Source: Alphaproteobacteria bacterium (GTDB lineage: Bacteria; Pseudomonadota; Alphaproteobacteria; GCA-2731375). Taken from it: a DNA stretch of 46,836 nt. How positions within the stretch are numbered: the stretch's first letter is position 1; every line of letters begins with the position of its first letter. Position numbers and translations under genes: made by a program. The stretch is taken from contig JAYGEB010000127.1 of NCBI GenBank assembly GCA_046582595.1, positions 1 to 46,836 on the forward strand, given 5' to 3'. The notes beneath the pieces were generated by a model that saw only the letters and a list, made by a program, of their open reading frames with translations, did no database searches and was not told where the DNA came from. This document shows, piece after piece, positions 1-7,945 of this stretch.

Positions 1-528
1 CATGTCAACGAGACCGCCGCCGCCTTGGGCTGCGCCGTGGGGCAGACGGCCATGGCCTGCGCCGAGGCCATGCGGGCGGCGCCCCCACCGTCGGGCGAGG
101 CCCCGTCCTATGAAGAAGCACGCTTTCTATTCTCGGAAACAGAGGAAACCCCGGCAATATGGGGCGTTGATTCCGCCTCTCTGCTGCGCCCGGAAGATGC
201 CGGGCAAGTGGTCCTCACCGCCTCCCATGGCGCCCTGTTGGGCGGCGAGGCGGCCTCCGCCATCAAATATGACGTCCTTGCCTGCGCCTTCAATGATGCC
301 GGCGTGGGCATCGACGATATTGGCATCAGCCGGCTGCCGGCTCTTGATCAACGCCGTATCGCCGCCGTGACCGTAGATTGCCAAACTGCGCGCATTGGCG
401 ATGTCCGTTCCATGTGGCAAGGCGGCGTGATTTCCCATCTGAATGAAACCGCCCGAGGCTTGGGCGCCGCCGCCGGCGACAGTTTGCAAGCCTTTGCCCT
501 TAAAGCCTGTCAACAAATTCAATTGTGA
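1..528 (+). CDS. hypothetical protein, 5' end outside the window
   Basis: Frame 1 is open from base 1 to TGA 526-528. Globular-looking composition (e.g. AFNDAGVGIDDIGISRLPALD). Stop overlaps the GTG at 525 of the next ORF (GTGA). No family recognised. Confidence 0.5.
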   Translation, partial: HVNETAAALGCAVGQTAMACAEAMRAAPPPSGEAPSYEEARFLFSETEETPAIWGVDSASLLRPEDAGQVVLTASHGALLGGEAASAIKYDVLACAFNDAGVGIDDIGISRLPALDQRRIAAVTVDCQTARIGDVRSMWQGGVISHLNETARGLGAAAGDSLQAFALKACQQIQL

Positions 529-542
529 GAGAGTTAGACCCC

Positions 543-2294
543 ATGTCCGATCAAAATCTGAGTAATCAACCGTCACGCACCATGTCCGGGGGCCGCGCCC
601 TGGCGGAAATGCTGAAATTGCATGACGCGGCGCCGATGTTCGGCATGGGCGGCTTCCAATTGCTGCCGTTTTACGACGCGGTGGGGGAGGTGGGGCTGCA
701 ACATACCCTGATCAATGACGAACGCTGCGGCGCCTTCGCGGCGGACGCCTTCGCGCGGGTCTCGGGGCGTCCCGGGGTGTGTGACGCCACCTTGGGGCCG
801 GGGGCGACCAATCTGACCACGGGCCTGGTGGAAAGCCTGAACGCCGGCGTGCCCATGATCGCCATCACGGGGGATACCAACCGGAACTATTCCTGGAAAA
901 ACATGACCCAGGAATCCCGGCAACTGGAAATCCTGGCGCCGGCGGTAAAGGAAGTGATCCGGGTCGAGGTGATCCAGCGCCTGCCGGAACTGGTGCGCCG
1001 GGCCTATGGCGTGGCGACATCCGGGCGGGCCGGGCCGGTGTTGCTGGACATACCCGAGGATATCGCCCACGGCGAATATGATTTTCCGGAGGACGATCTG
1101 TACGCCGATCTTGCCGCCATGTCCGCGCCCGCCTACCGCAGCCGCCCGGACCGGGACGAGGTGGCCCGCGCCGCGGCGCTGTTGGCCAAGGCGGAGCGGC
1201 CGATCATTCTGGCGGGCGGCGGCGTGCATCTTTCGGGCGGGCAGGCGGCCCTGACCGAATTCGCCGAGCGTTTTAATATTCCCGTGGCCCATACCCTCAG
1301 CGGCAAGGGTGCCATCGCCTGTACCCATGCCCTGGCCCTGGGCCTGTTCGGGCGCTATTCCCGCATCGCCAACGATGTGCTCGAACGCACCGATTGCATT
1401 CTGGTGGTGGGCTGCAAGATGGGGGAGATCGCCACCAAGCGCTACACCCTGCCGGCCAAGGGCATTCCCCTGATCCATCTGGAAATTCTGGCCGAGGAGA
1501 TTGGCCGCTGCGTGCCCTGCGAGGTGCCGCTGTGGGGCGATGCCAAGGCGGGATTGGAGGATTTGGCCGCGGAAATGTCGGACTCCGCCGCCGCCCAGCA
1601 CGCGGCGCGCGGTGAATATGCCGCCGAGGTTGCCACCCGCATGACCAATTGGCGCATGGAAGTGCAGGATCGCCTGACATCCTCCGAACGCCCGGTAAAC
1701 ATGGCGCGCATGTGCCAGGAATTGAACAATGTCATGCCCGAGGACGGTATTCTGGTCGCCGACGGCGGTTTCGCGGCGCACTGGACCGGCCTGTTGTGCG
1801 AGACCAAGGCGCCGGGCCGCCATTACATCGCCAATCGCGGTTTTGCCTCCATCGGCTATGGCCTGCCGGGCAGCATGGGGGCGCAGTTGGCGGCGGGGGA
1901 CCGCCCCGTGGTCGGGGTAACGGGCGATGGCGGTTTCAACATGGTCATTGGCGAACTTGAAACCGCCGGGCGGCTGAACAGCGGCCTGACCATCCTGATC
2001 GTCAACAACGCCGCCTCCGGCTACGTCAAGGCCCTGCAACAGGCGCAATTCGACGGCCGCTTTCAATCCTCCGACCTGAACGAGATGAACTACGCCAATC
2101 TGGCCGAGAATTTCGGCTGTCAGGGGATCCGCGTGGAGGACCCCGACGATCTGGCCGGGGCCATCCGCACCGGCATGGCGGAACGCGGCCGGCCCACGGT
2201 GATCGACGTGGTCGTCACCCGCGACCCGAAGAAAATGCTGCCCGGCGTGGACAACCGCGCCGCCCCCATCAAGAAAGGCGACCGTATCGCTTGA
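543..2294 (+). CDS. thiamine-pyrophosphate-dependent enzyme, acetolactate-synthase-like
   Basis: Long ORF (GTG 525; ATG 543 preferred, preceded by GAGAGAG). N-terminal TPP pyrimidine-domain signature GGRALAEMLK..FGMGGFQLLPFYDA. C-terminal TPP/Mg motif GDGGFNM...NNAASG. Confidence 0.85.
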   Translation: MSDQNLSNQPSRTMSGGRALAEMLKLHDAAPMFGMGGFQLLPFYDAVGEVGLQHTLINDERCGAFAADAFARVSGRPGVCDATLGPGATNLTTGLVESLNAGVPMIAITGDTNRNYSWKNMTQESRQLEILAPAVKEVIRVEVIQRLPELVRRAYGVATSGRAGPVLLDIPEDIAHGEYDFPEDDLYADLAAMSAPAYRSRPDRDEVARAAALLAKAERPIILAGGGVHLSGGQAALTEFAERFNIPVAHTLSGKGAIACTHALALGLFGRYSRIANDVLERTDCILVVGCKMGEIATKRYTLPAKGIPLIHLEILAEEIGRCVPCEVPLWGDAKAGLEDLAAEMSDSAAAQHAARGEYAAEVATRMTNWRMEVQDRLTSSERPVNMARMCQELNNVMPEDGILVADGGFAAHWTGLLCETKAPGRHYIANRGFASIGYGLPGSMGAQLAAGDRPVVGVTGDGGFNMVIGELETAGRLNSGLTILIVNNAASGYVKALQQAQFDGRFQSSDLNEMNYANLAENFGCQGIRVEDPDDLAGAIRTGMAERGRPTVIDVVVTRDPKKMLPGVDNRAAPIKKGDRIA

Positions 2295-2363
2295 TTATCA
2301 TGCCCGTACTTGACATGGGCGTCCGCGGCGATGTTCGCGCCCGCCAACCGGTGCATGGTCCAA

Positions 2364-2744
2364 TCAGCCGGCGGCGACGGATTCTTCCGTGAAGGTCAAT
2401 TCGATTTTCAGGCCATCGGGCGTATCGAGAAACAACTGCGTCAAGTTGTACTTTGGCACCACCCGTTCGTCATATTCCACGCCGGCGTCTTCGAGGCGTT
2501 GCTTGATCTCGCCATAACCCGTACAGCGGAACGAGACGTGATCGACCACGCCCTTGCCTTCCGGCAATTTGTCGCGTTCGACCAGATGCAGGACCGGCCG
2601 GTCGCCGGCATAGACCCAGGCGCCGGGAAATTTGAAGGGTGGGCGGTCGCCGATACGCAGGCCAAGTACATCCACATAGAACTTGGCGGATGCCGCTGCA
2701 TCCTTGGTCAGGACATTGTAGTGATCGATAAATTCCAGTGGCAT
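2364..2744 (-). CDS. VOC / glyoxalase-bleomycin-resistance-dioxygenase family protein
   Basis: About 126 aa from MPLEFIDHYNVLTKD..FYVDVLGL..., a typical paired beta-alpha-beta-beta-beta VOC N-terminus. The ORF extends to 2813, but ATG 2744 fits the family start. Confidence 0.8.
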   Translation of the reverse strand: MPLEFIDHYNVLTKDAAASAKFYVDVLGLRIGDRPPFKFPGAWVYAGDRPVLHLVERDKLPEGKGVVDHVSFRCTGYGEIKQRLEDAGVEYDERVVPKYNLTQLFLDTPDGLKIELTFTEESVAAG

Positions 2745-2875
2745 GCTTCGGCCTCCCTTGCGCATTTTCCGGCAATAGTATGACCGCAGTCCGCGAAGGG
2801 AGCAATGCATCAAGCCATCGCCATATGCTATATGCGAGACAAGAAACGAGAGTAAACGACTGAGGAAACCAGACC

Positions 2876-4036
2876 ATGAGTTCGCAAAACGACGCTGAAA
2901 CGCCTTTGCTGTTTCAACCCATGACCATTCAATCTGTCACGGCGCGCAACCGCATCGTGGTGCCGCCGCTGTGCCAGTATTCCGCCAAGGACGGCGTCGC
3001 CAACGATTGGCATCTGGTGCATCTGGACGCTTACGCGCGCGGCGGTGCCGGCATTATTTTCGTCGAGGCCACCGGCGTTGAGGCGCGGGGCCGGATTACT
3101 CATGGCTGCCTTGGCATATGGACCGGGGAGCAGGCCAGGGCGATGGCGCCTCTGGTCAACATTATCAAGGCTCATGGCGCCGTCCCCGGCATCCAGATCG
3201 CCCATGCCGGACGCAAGGCGGCGAAGCAGCGGCCCTGGAACGGCCTCGGCGCCCTGACCGAGGCCGATGTTGCTCAGGGCGATGTGCCGTGGGAGGTGGT
3301 GGGGCCATCCGCCCTGCCGGCGGACGAGGGTTGGCTGGTGCCGCGCGAACTGAGCGCGGATGAAATCGGCGATATCGTCAAGGCGTTCGGCCAGGCGGCG
3401 GCGCGCTCCCATGACGCTGGCTTTGAATGTCTGGAAATCCACGGCGCGCACGGTTATTTGCTGCAATCCTTCCTCTCGCCCCTGTCCAACAAACGCACGG
3501 ACGGCCATGGCGGCGATCTAGCGGGGCGCATGCGCCTGGCCTTGGAGGTAACCCGGGAAGTCCGCGCCCACTGGCCCGAAAACAAGCCGCTGTTTTTCCG
3601 GATTTCCTCGGTCGATGGTTCGGAGGACGGTTGGCGGCTTGAAGATTCCGTCGCCCTTGCCAAGGAACTGAAAGCCCTGGGCGTCGATTGCATTGATTGC
3701 TCCTCGGGCGGCAATGCGGCCTCGGCGACGGTGAACCTGATCCCCCGCGGCCTGGGCTTTCAGGTGCCCTATGCCGCCGCCGTGCGGAAACAGGCCGGGG
3801 TTTTGAGCATGGCCGTGGGTTTGATCCTGGACGGCGAACAGGCCGAGGCGATCCTGCGGGCCGGCGACGCCGATCTGATCGCCGTGGGCCGGCAAATCAT
3901 GTACAATCCATTCTGGCCGGTCCAGGCGGCCCAGGATTTGGGCGCCGATCCAGGTTTTGAGATGTGGCCGCCGCAATATGGCTGGTGGCTGGAAAAGCGG
4001 GAACGCACGTTCCGGCGCATGGGTGTTGAGAGGTAG
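2876..4036 (+). CDS. NADH:flavin oxidoreductase, Old Yellow Enzyme family (YqjM/NamA-like)
   Basis: 386 aa. LFQPMTIQSVTARNRIVVPPLCQYSA..DWHLVHL..GGAGIIFVEAT and HGAHGYLLQSFLSP motifs are typical of OYE TIM-barrel flavoenzymes. Confidence 0.9.
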   Translation: MSSQNDAETPLLFQPMTIQSVTARNRIVVPPLCQYSAKDGVANDWHLVHLDAYARGGAGIIFVEATGVEARGRITHGCLGIWTGEQARAMAPLVNIIKAHGAVPGIQIAHAGRKAAKQRPWNGLGALTEADVAQGDVPWEVVGPSALPADEGWLVPRELSADEIGDIVKAFGQAAARSHDAGFECLEIHGAHGYLLQSFLSPLSNKRTDGHGGDLAGRMRLALEVTREVRAHWPENKPLFFRISSVDGSEDGWRLEDSVALAKELKALGVDCIDCSSGGNAASATVNLIPRGLGFQVPYAAAVRKQAGVLSMAVGLILDGEQAEAILRAGDADLIAVGRQIMYNPFWPVQAAQDLGADPGFEMWPPQYGWWLEKRERTFRRMGVER

Positions 4037-4038
4037 GG

Positions 4039-4800
4039 ATGAACGAAGCAATCAGGGTTTTCTGGCAGCCTGGGTGAAGCAGTTGCCTCCGCCTGAAGGA
4101 GCATTTGTCGGCCCGTGCGGTTGACTTCCAATCGATTAATATCGCCGCCGATCCGGACGGTCTGGCGCAATTGCAGGCCTTGGGCGTCCGCACCGTGCCC
4201 GTGGTGGCGAAGGGCAATGACTATGTCATGGGGCTGTCGCTGCGCGACGTGGGCGCATTCCTCGGCCTGGAGGACCAGGGCGCGGGGATGTTGCCGGCGG
4301 AGGAATTGATCCAGCGCCTGGACTGGATTCTTGCCGCCGCGCAGCGCTATTTGCGGCAATTGCCCGACAGCCAGATGCTGGCGCAACTGCCGGGCCGGCC
4401 GCGCAGCTATCGCGATCTGACCTACCATCTGTTTCAGATAACCCGCGCCTTTCTCGGCCTCGCTTCCGGTCAGGAATTGACCTACGAAAAACTGGGTGAA
4501 AGCCCCGGCGATGATCTGCTGACCTTCGCCGACATCGCCGACGACGGCGAGGCCACGCGCCAGGATCTCCTGGCCTGGTGGGAGAGCACCGGCGCGGAGA
4601 TGGATTTCGAGATGGAGGTCGCGACCTATTATGGCCCGCAATCTCTGCACGAGACCCTGGAGCGCACGGCCTGGCATACGGGCCAGCACGCGCGGCAATT
4701 GTTGTTCATCCTCGAAGGCCTGGATATCGCGCCCGATGGCCCCATCGGCGACCGCGAACTTTCCGGCCTGCCCCTGCCGGACCAGGTCTGGGACGGCTGA
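4039..4800 (+). CDS. glutaredoxin-fold / DinB(YfiT)-like fusion protein with in-frame TGA (4075-4077) at the first Cys position of CxxC; candidate selenoprotein, alternatively a pseudogene or a 231-aa product from TTG 4105
   Basis: ATG 4039 with GAGAGG 5 nt upstream lies 2 nt after the OYE stop. Translation is MNEAIRVFWQPG-TGA-SSCLRLKEHLSARAVDFQSINIAADPDGLAQLQALGVRTVPVV.., i.e. beta1-CxxC-alpha1 ... TVP cis-Pro of a glutaredoxin fold. It is in the same frame as the 4105..4800 track ORF. The C-terminal part has DinB-like His residues (YHLF.., WHTGQHARQL). Confidence 0.6.
4079..4108 (+). promoter_or_regulatory. SECIS-like hairpin immediately 3' of the in-frame UGA
   Basis: Upper stem CUCC(4087-4090)/GGAG(4098-4101) with 7-nt loop GCCUGAA. 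Extended by U4084-A4103 and G4085-C4102 with C4086 bulged, plus lower pairs 4079-4082/4105-4108. The loop starts 14 nt after the UGA and begins with G. Confidence 0.4.
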
Positions 4801-4805
4801 TAATT

Positions 4806-5840
4806 TTAGGCGGCGGCGCGGACGGCGCGGGCGATTTCGCTCCATTTGCCGAGGTTGGCGGGGTTTTCGCGGATTGATGTTTCAGCGTGGTACATCACCA
4901 CCCTGGCCGCCATGCCCTGGTAGCGGGCGATCAGCTTGTCGGCCATCTCATCCCAGCGGGCGGGCAGGGCGAAGTGGTTCACCATCTCGTCGTCGATCAG
5001 GGCCACCAAGGCCTCCGTATCGCCGCTTTTCAGATGTACGCGTAGTTTTTCGCGCATGCCGTCATAACCCAGATCATCGAATTGGAAGGCATAGTTGGGC
5101 GTGGCGCCGTAAAAACCTATCTGTGTCTTGGTGGTCAGGGTCGCCGCGGCCTGTTCCTCCGGGCTGTCGCCGGGGATGGCCATGACGGGGACGATCAGAT
5201 CGATTTCCGAAACATCGCGCCCGGTCCGGGCCGCGCCCAGCGCCAGATCGGGCAGCACGCGGTTCTCGATATAGGGCATGGAATGCATGGGATGGACGTG
5301 GATGCCGTCCGCCAACTCGCCCGCCACCCTGGTCATGTAGGGCCCGACGGCGGAAATATCGATCTTCACGTCTTCAAAATCATGACGCTCCGGGGTCCAT
5401 TGTTCGGGCAGCAGGCTCAAATTGTAGTAGGGCCCTTCGTGCTGTAGGGGGCCTTCCCGGCGGAAGGCCAGCAGACAGGCCCGGACGGCTAGCAGATAAT
5501 CCTTCATCTGTGGCGCGGGACGGTCGAAGAGAGAGGCATAGCGCCGGGTGATATGGGCCTTGACCTGGCTGCCCAGGCCCAGGCGAAAGCGGCCTTGGGT
5601 ATTGCGCGCCAGCTCCCAGGCGATCTGCGCCGACATCATGGGACTGCGGGGGAAAGCCACGGCGATGCCGGTGCAGAAATGCAGCGTCGGCGCGGCGGTG
5701 ACGGCCGCGGCGATCATCATCCAGGGCACCTGGCTGCCTTCCGTCATCAACATGCCGGAAAATCCCGCGCCTTCCAGCCGCGTCGCCAAATCCGCCGCAT
5801 CGGGCCAGGTCGATGCCCTGGCCATGAGATCGAATTCCAT
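4806..5840 (-). CDS. luciferase-like monooxygenase (LLM) class flavin/F420-dependent oxidoreductase
   Basis: Starts MEFDLMARAS..; ATG 5840 is preceded by GGGAGGAA. LLM-type TIM-barrel pattern (GFSGMLMTEG.., RFRLGLGSQVKAHITRRY). The track ORF extends to 5954 without support. Confidence 0.85.
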   Translation of the reverse strand: MEFDLMARASTWPDAADLATRLEGAGFSGMLMTEGSQVPWMMIAAAVTAAPTLHFCTGIAVAFPRSPMMSAQIAWELARNTQGRFRLGLGSQVKAHITRRYASLFDRPAPQMKDYLLAVRACLLAFRREGPLQHEGPYYNLSLLPEQWTPERHDFEDVKIDISAVGPYMTRVAGELADGIHVHPMHSMPYIENRVLPDLALGAARTGRDVSEIDLIVPVMAIPGDSPEEQAAATLTTKTQIGFYGATPNYAFQFDDLGYDGMREKLRVHLKSGDTEALVALIDDEMVNHFALPARWDEMADKLIARYQGMAARVVMYHAETSIRENPANLGKWSEIARAVRAAA

Positions 5841-5954
5841 GCTGTTCCTCCCGGTTTCAGGTACGGTTTCCGGCCATCTTAGAATATTTCCAGTGTGACC
5901 GGAATCGCCAGGCCGCCCCGGCGAAGCCAAAGCCAGCGGGCCGGAATTCCGCAA

Positions 5955-7202
5955 TCAGGTAATGCGGACGGGCAGGTGCTTGATACCGCGGATGAAATTG
6001 GAAAAGATCCGCTCCGCCGGGCCCATGATCTCGAAGCGCATGTCCCGCTTCAGAATTTCTTCCCAGAGGATCTGCAGTTGCTGTTCCGCCAGGCGGTCGC
6101 CGACACAGCGGTGAATGCCGGCGCCGAAGGCCAGGTGGCGGCGCGCCTTGGGCCGCCGGATATTGAATTCCGTGGGTGCCTCGATGGCCTCCTCGTCCCA
6201 ATTGCCCGAGACATACCACATCACCACCCGATCCCCCTTGCGGATGGATTTGCCGGCCAATTCCGTATCTTTCAACGCCGTGCGGCGCATATGGATGATG
6301 GCCGATTGGTAGCGGATCATCTCCGGCACCATGGTTTTGATCAGGCCGGGATCGGCGCGCAGGGCGGTGAATTGGTCGGGATTGTCGCACAATGCCAACA
6401 GGCCGCCGCTCATGGTATTGCGGGTGGTATCGTTGCCGCCGACGATCAGCAGAACGGAGTTGGCGATCAGGTCCATGGGACTCATATTCTTGGTGGCGGC
6501 GTTCTGCGCCAGCATGGAGATCAGATCGAAGCCCGGTTCGCCCTTGGCCCGCTCCCGCCACAGGGCGCCCATGTACTGGCCCATTTCCTGCAGCACTTCC
6601 AGGCGTTCCTCATCCGATTTGACCAGGGCGCCGGGCGCGCCGTAATCGGTGGTGGCCACGTCCGACCAGTAGGTCAGCTTGCGCCGGTCTTCGAATGGGA
6701 AATCGAACAGGGTGGCCAGCATCATGGTGGTTAATTCGATGGAGACTTTATCGACCCAGTCGAAGGTTTCCCCTCGGGGCAGGGCATCCAGCACTTCCTC
6801 CGTGCGTTGGCGGATTGTCGCCTCCATGTTGCGCAGGTTATTTGGCGCGACAATGGGGGCGACGGCCTTGCGTTGTCCGGTATGCTCGGGCGGGTCCATG
6901 CTGATGAAGCTCGTCATCCGGTCGCCAAAAGGGTTGTCGCGCAGGGTGATGCCGCCCAGATGGCCGGCGGAGGAATAGGTCGCGTGATCCAACTCCACCC
7001 GCATGATGTCGTCATAACGGGTGACGGACCAATAGGGGCCGTAGGGGCTGTCGGCGCAATAATGTACCGGATCCTCCCGGCGCAGGCGCTGGAAATAGTC
7101 GTAAAAATCGTCGTTTTGGTACAAAGCCGGATCGCTGACGTCGATCTTTTCCAACGGCAAATCGTCGATTTCGATGTTGACTGATGTTTCGATCACGGTC
7201 AT
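5955..7202 (-). CDS. cytochrome P450, CYP153-like
   Basis: 415 aa. Heme-thiolate loop FGAGIHRCVGDRLAE, I-helix GGNDTTRN, and an N-terminal EDPVHYC..GPYWSVTRYDDI pattern reminiscent of CYP153 alkane/terminal hydroxylases. GGAG lies 9 nt upstream of the ATG. Confidence 0.88.
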   Translation of the reverse strand: MTVIETSVNIEIDDLPLEKIDVSDPALYQNDDFYDYFQRLRREDPVHYCADSPYGPYWSVTRYDDIMRVELDHATYSSAGHLGGITLRDNPFGDRMTSFISMDPPEHTGQRKAVAPIVAPNNLRNMEATIRQRTEEVLDALPRGETFDWVDKVSIELTTMMLATLFDFPFEDRRKLTYWSDVATTDYGAPGALVKSDEERLEVLQEMGQYMGALWRERAKGEPGFDLISMLAQNAATKNMSPMDLIANSVLLIVGGNDTTRNTMSGGLLALCDNPDQFTALRADPGLIKTMVPEMIRYQSAIIHMRRTALKDTELAGKSIRKGDRVVMWYVSGNWDEEAIEAPTEFNIRRPKARRHLAFGAGIHRCVGDRLAEQQLQILWEEILKRDMRFEIMGPAERIFSNFIRGIKHLPVRIT

Positions 7203-7297
7203 CGCATTTCACTCCGCTTGGTTGCGCCAACAGCCTAGCGGCAGAGACCATATGGTATCAAGAGGGCCTTTAACGAGGGCCTTCAATTCCGGCGGGT

Positions 7298-7933
7298 TTA
7301 TTCCCGGAACGCCGGCGGATCGGCGAAGAAGAAAAGATCATTGTCCAGTTTTTGGTTGATACGGATATCGGTCAGGGACAGGGCCGTGATGCTGCCCTGG
7401 GAATCCTTGACTTTCCATTGCCGCAACAGCATCGGCGGCTCCGTGAAGGTTATGGCGATCCAGCCTTCGTCGGGCAACTCCCGGTCCACGATACGAACCC
7501 GCAGGACGCCCAGGCCGTGTTCCACTTCCACGACCTCGACTTTTTCGCGCAGATTGACGGGATCGTCCACCAACACGCCCAGTGGCGTTTCGTAAAGGGG
7601 AAAACGGCTGACCTGATCCAGCTCCTTGTCATGCAGCACCAACCAGACGCCATCGGCGACGATGAGCAGGGGCGAGGGGGCGTCATATTCAAAACGCAGG
7701 CGCCCGGGCCGGCGCATGTAGAGTTGACCATGCGATACATTGCCCTCGGAATCCACCTGCAGGAACCGCGCGGACAGGGTCTTCACGCTGTTCATATAGG
7801 TCTCGATCCGGTCCACGGCGGCGGTATCTTCGGAACTCAGGGCGGCAAATGCCGGCGCATAAATCAGGGGCAGCGCGGCCAGGGACATAGCACTTGCCAG
7901 AACGCGGCGTCTGTTCAAACTAGATATCCTCAT
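7298..7933 (-). CDS. lolA: outer-membrane lipoprotein carrier protein LolA
   Basis: 211 aa with a signal peptide (RRRVLASAMSLAALPLIYAPAFA) and LolA-like FLQV..G.LYMRRPGRLRFEY motif. Conserved position directly downstream of ftsK. Confidence 0.85.
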   Translation of the reverse strand: MRISSLNRRRVLASAMSLAALPLIYAPAFAALSSEDTAAVDRIETYMNSVKTLSARFLQVDSEGNVSHGQLYMRRPGRLRFEYDAPSPLLIVADGVWLVLHDKELDQVSRFPLYETPLGVLVDDPVNLREKVEVVEVEHGLGVLRVRIVDRELPDEGWIAITFTEPPMLLRQWKVKDSQGSITALSLTDIRINQKLDNDLFFFADPPAFRE

Positions 7934-7945
7934 CGGGGTTACGGA

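Noticed and set aside
573-2066. Long antisense ORFs opposite well-supported genes. Examples: 573..2066(-), 7352..8623(+), 8987..10072(+), 11727..13139(+), 15118..17502(-), 17658..20192(-), 28187..28972(-), 37872..39311(-), 39101..40885(+), 40907..43132(-).
   Set aside because: They are Arg/Gly/Pro/Ala/His-rich low-complexity translations with no recognisable motifs. Each is fully shadowed by a gene on the other strand that carries clear family signatures. This is the typical stop-codon-poor antisense frame of GC-rich DNA.
4105-4800. Taking the track ORF at face value as a 231-aa protein starting at TTG 4105.
   Set aside because: It would start in the middle of helix 1 of a glutaredoxin fold and discard the beta1 strand and active site that are encoded in frame just upstream. 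Kept only as the fallback interpretation (pseudogene or restart product) if Sec decoding is refuted.
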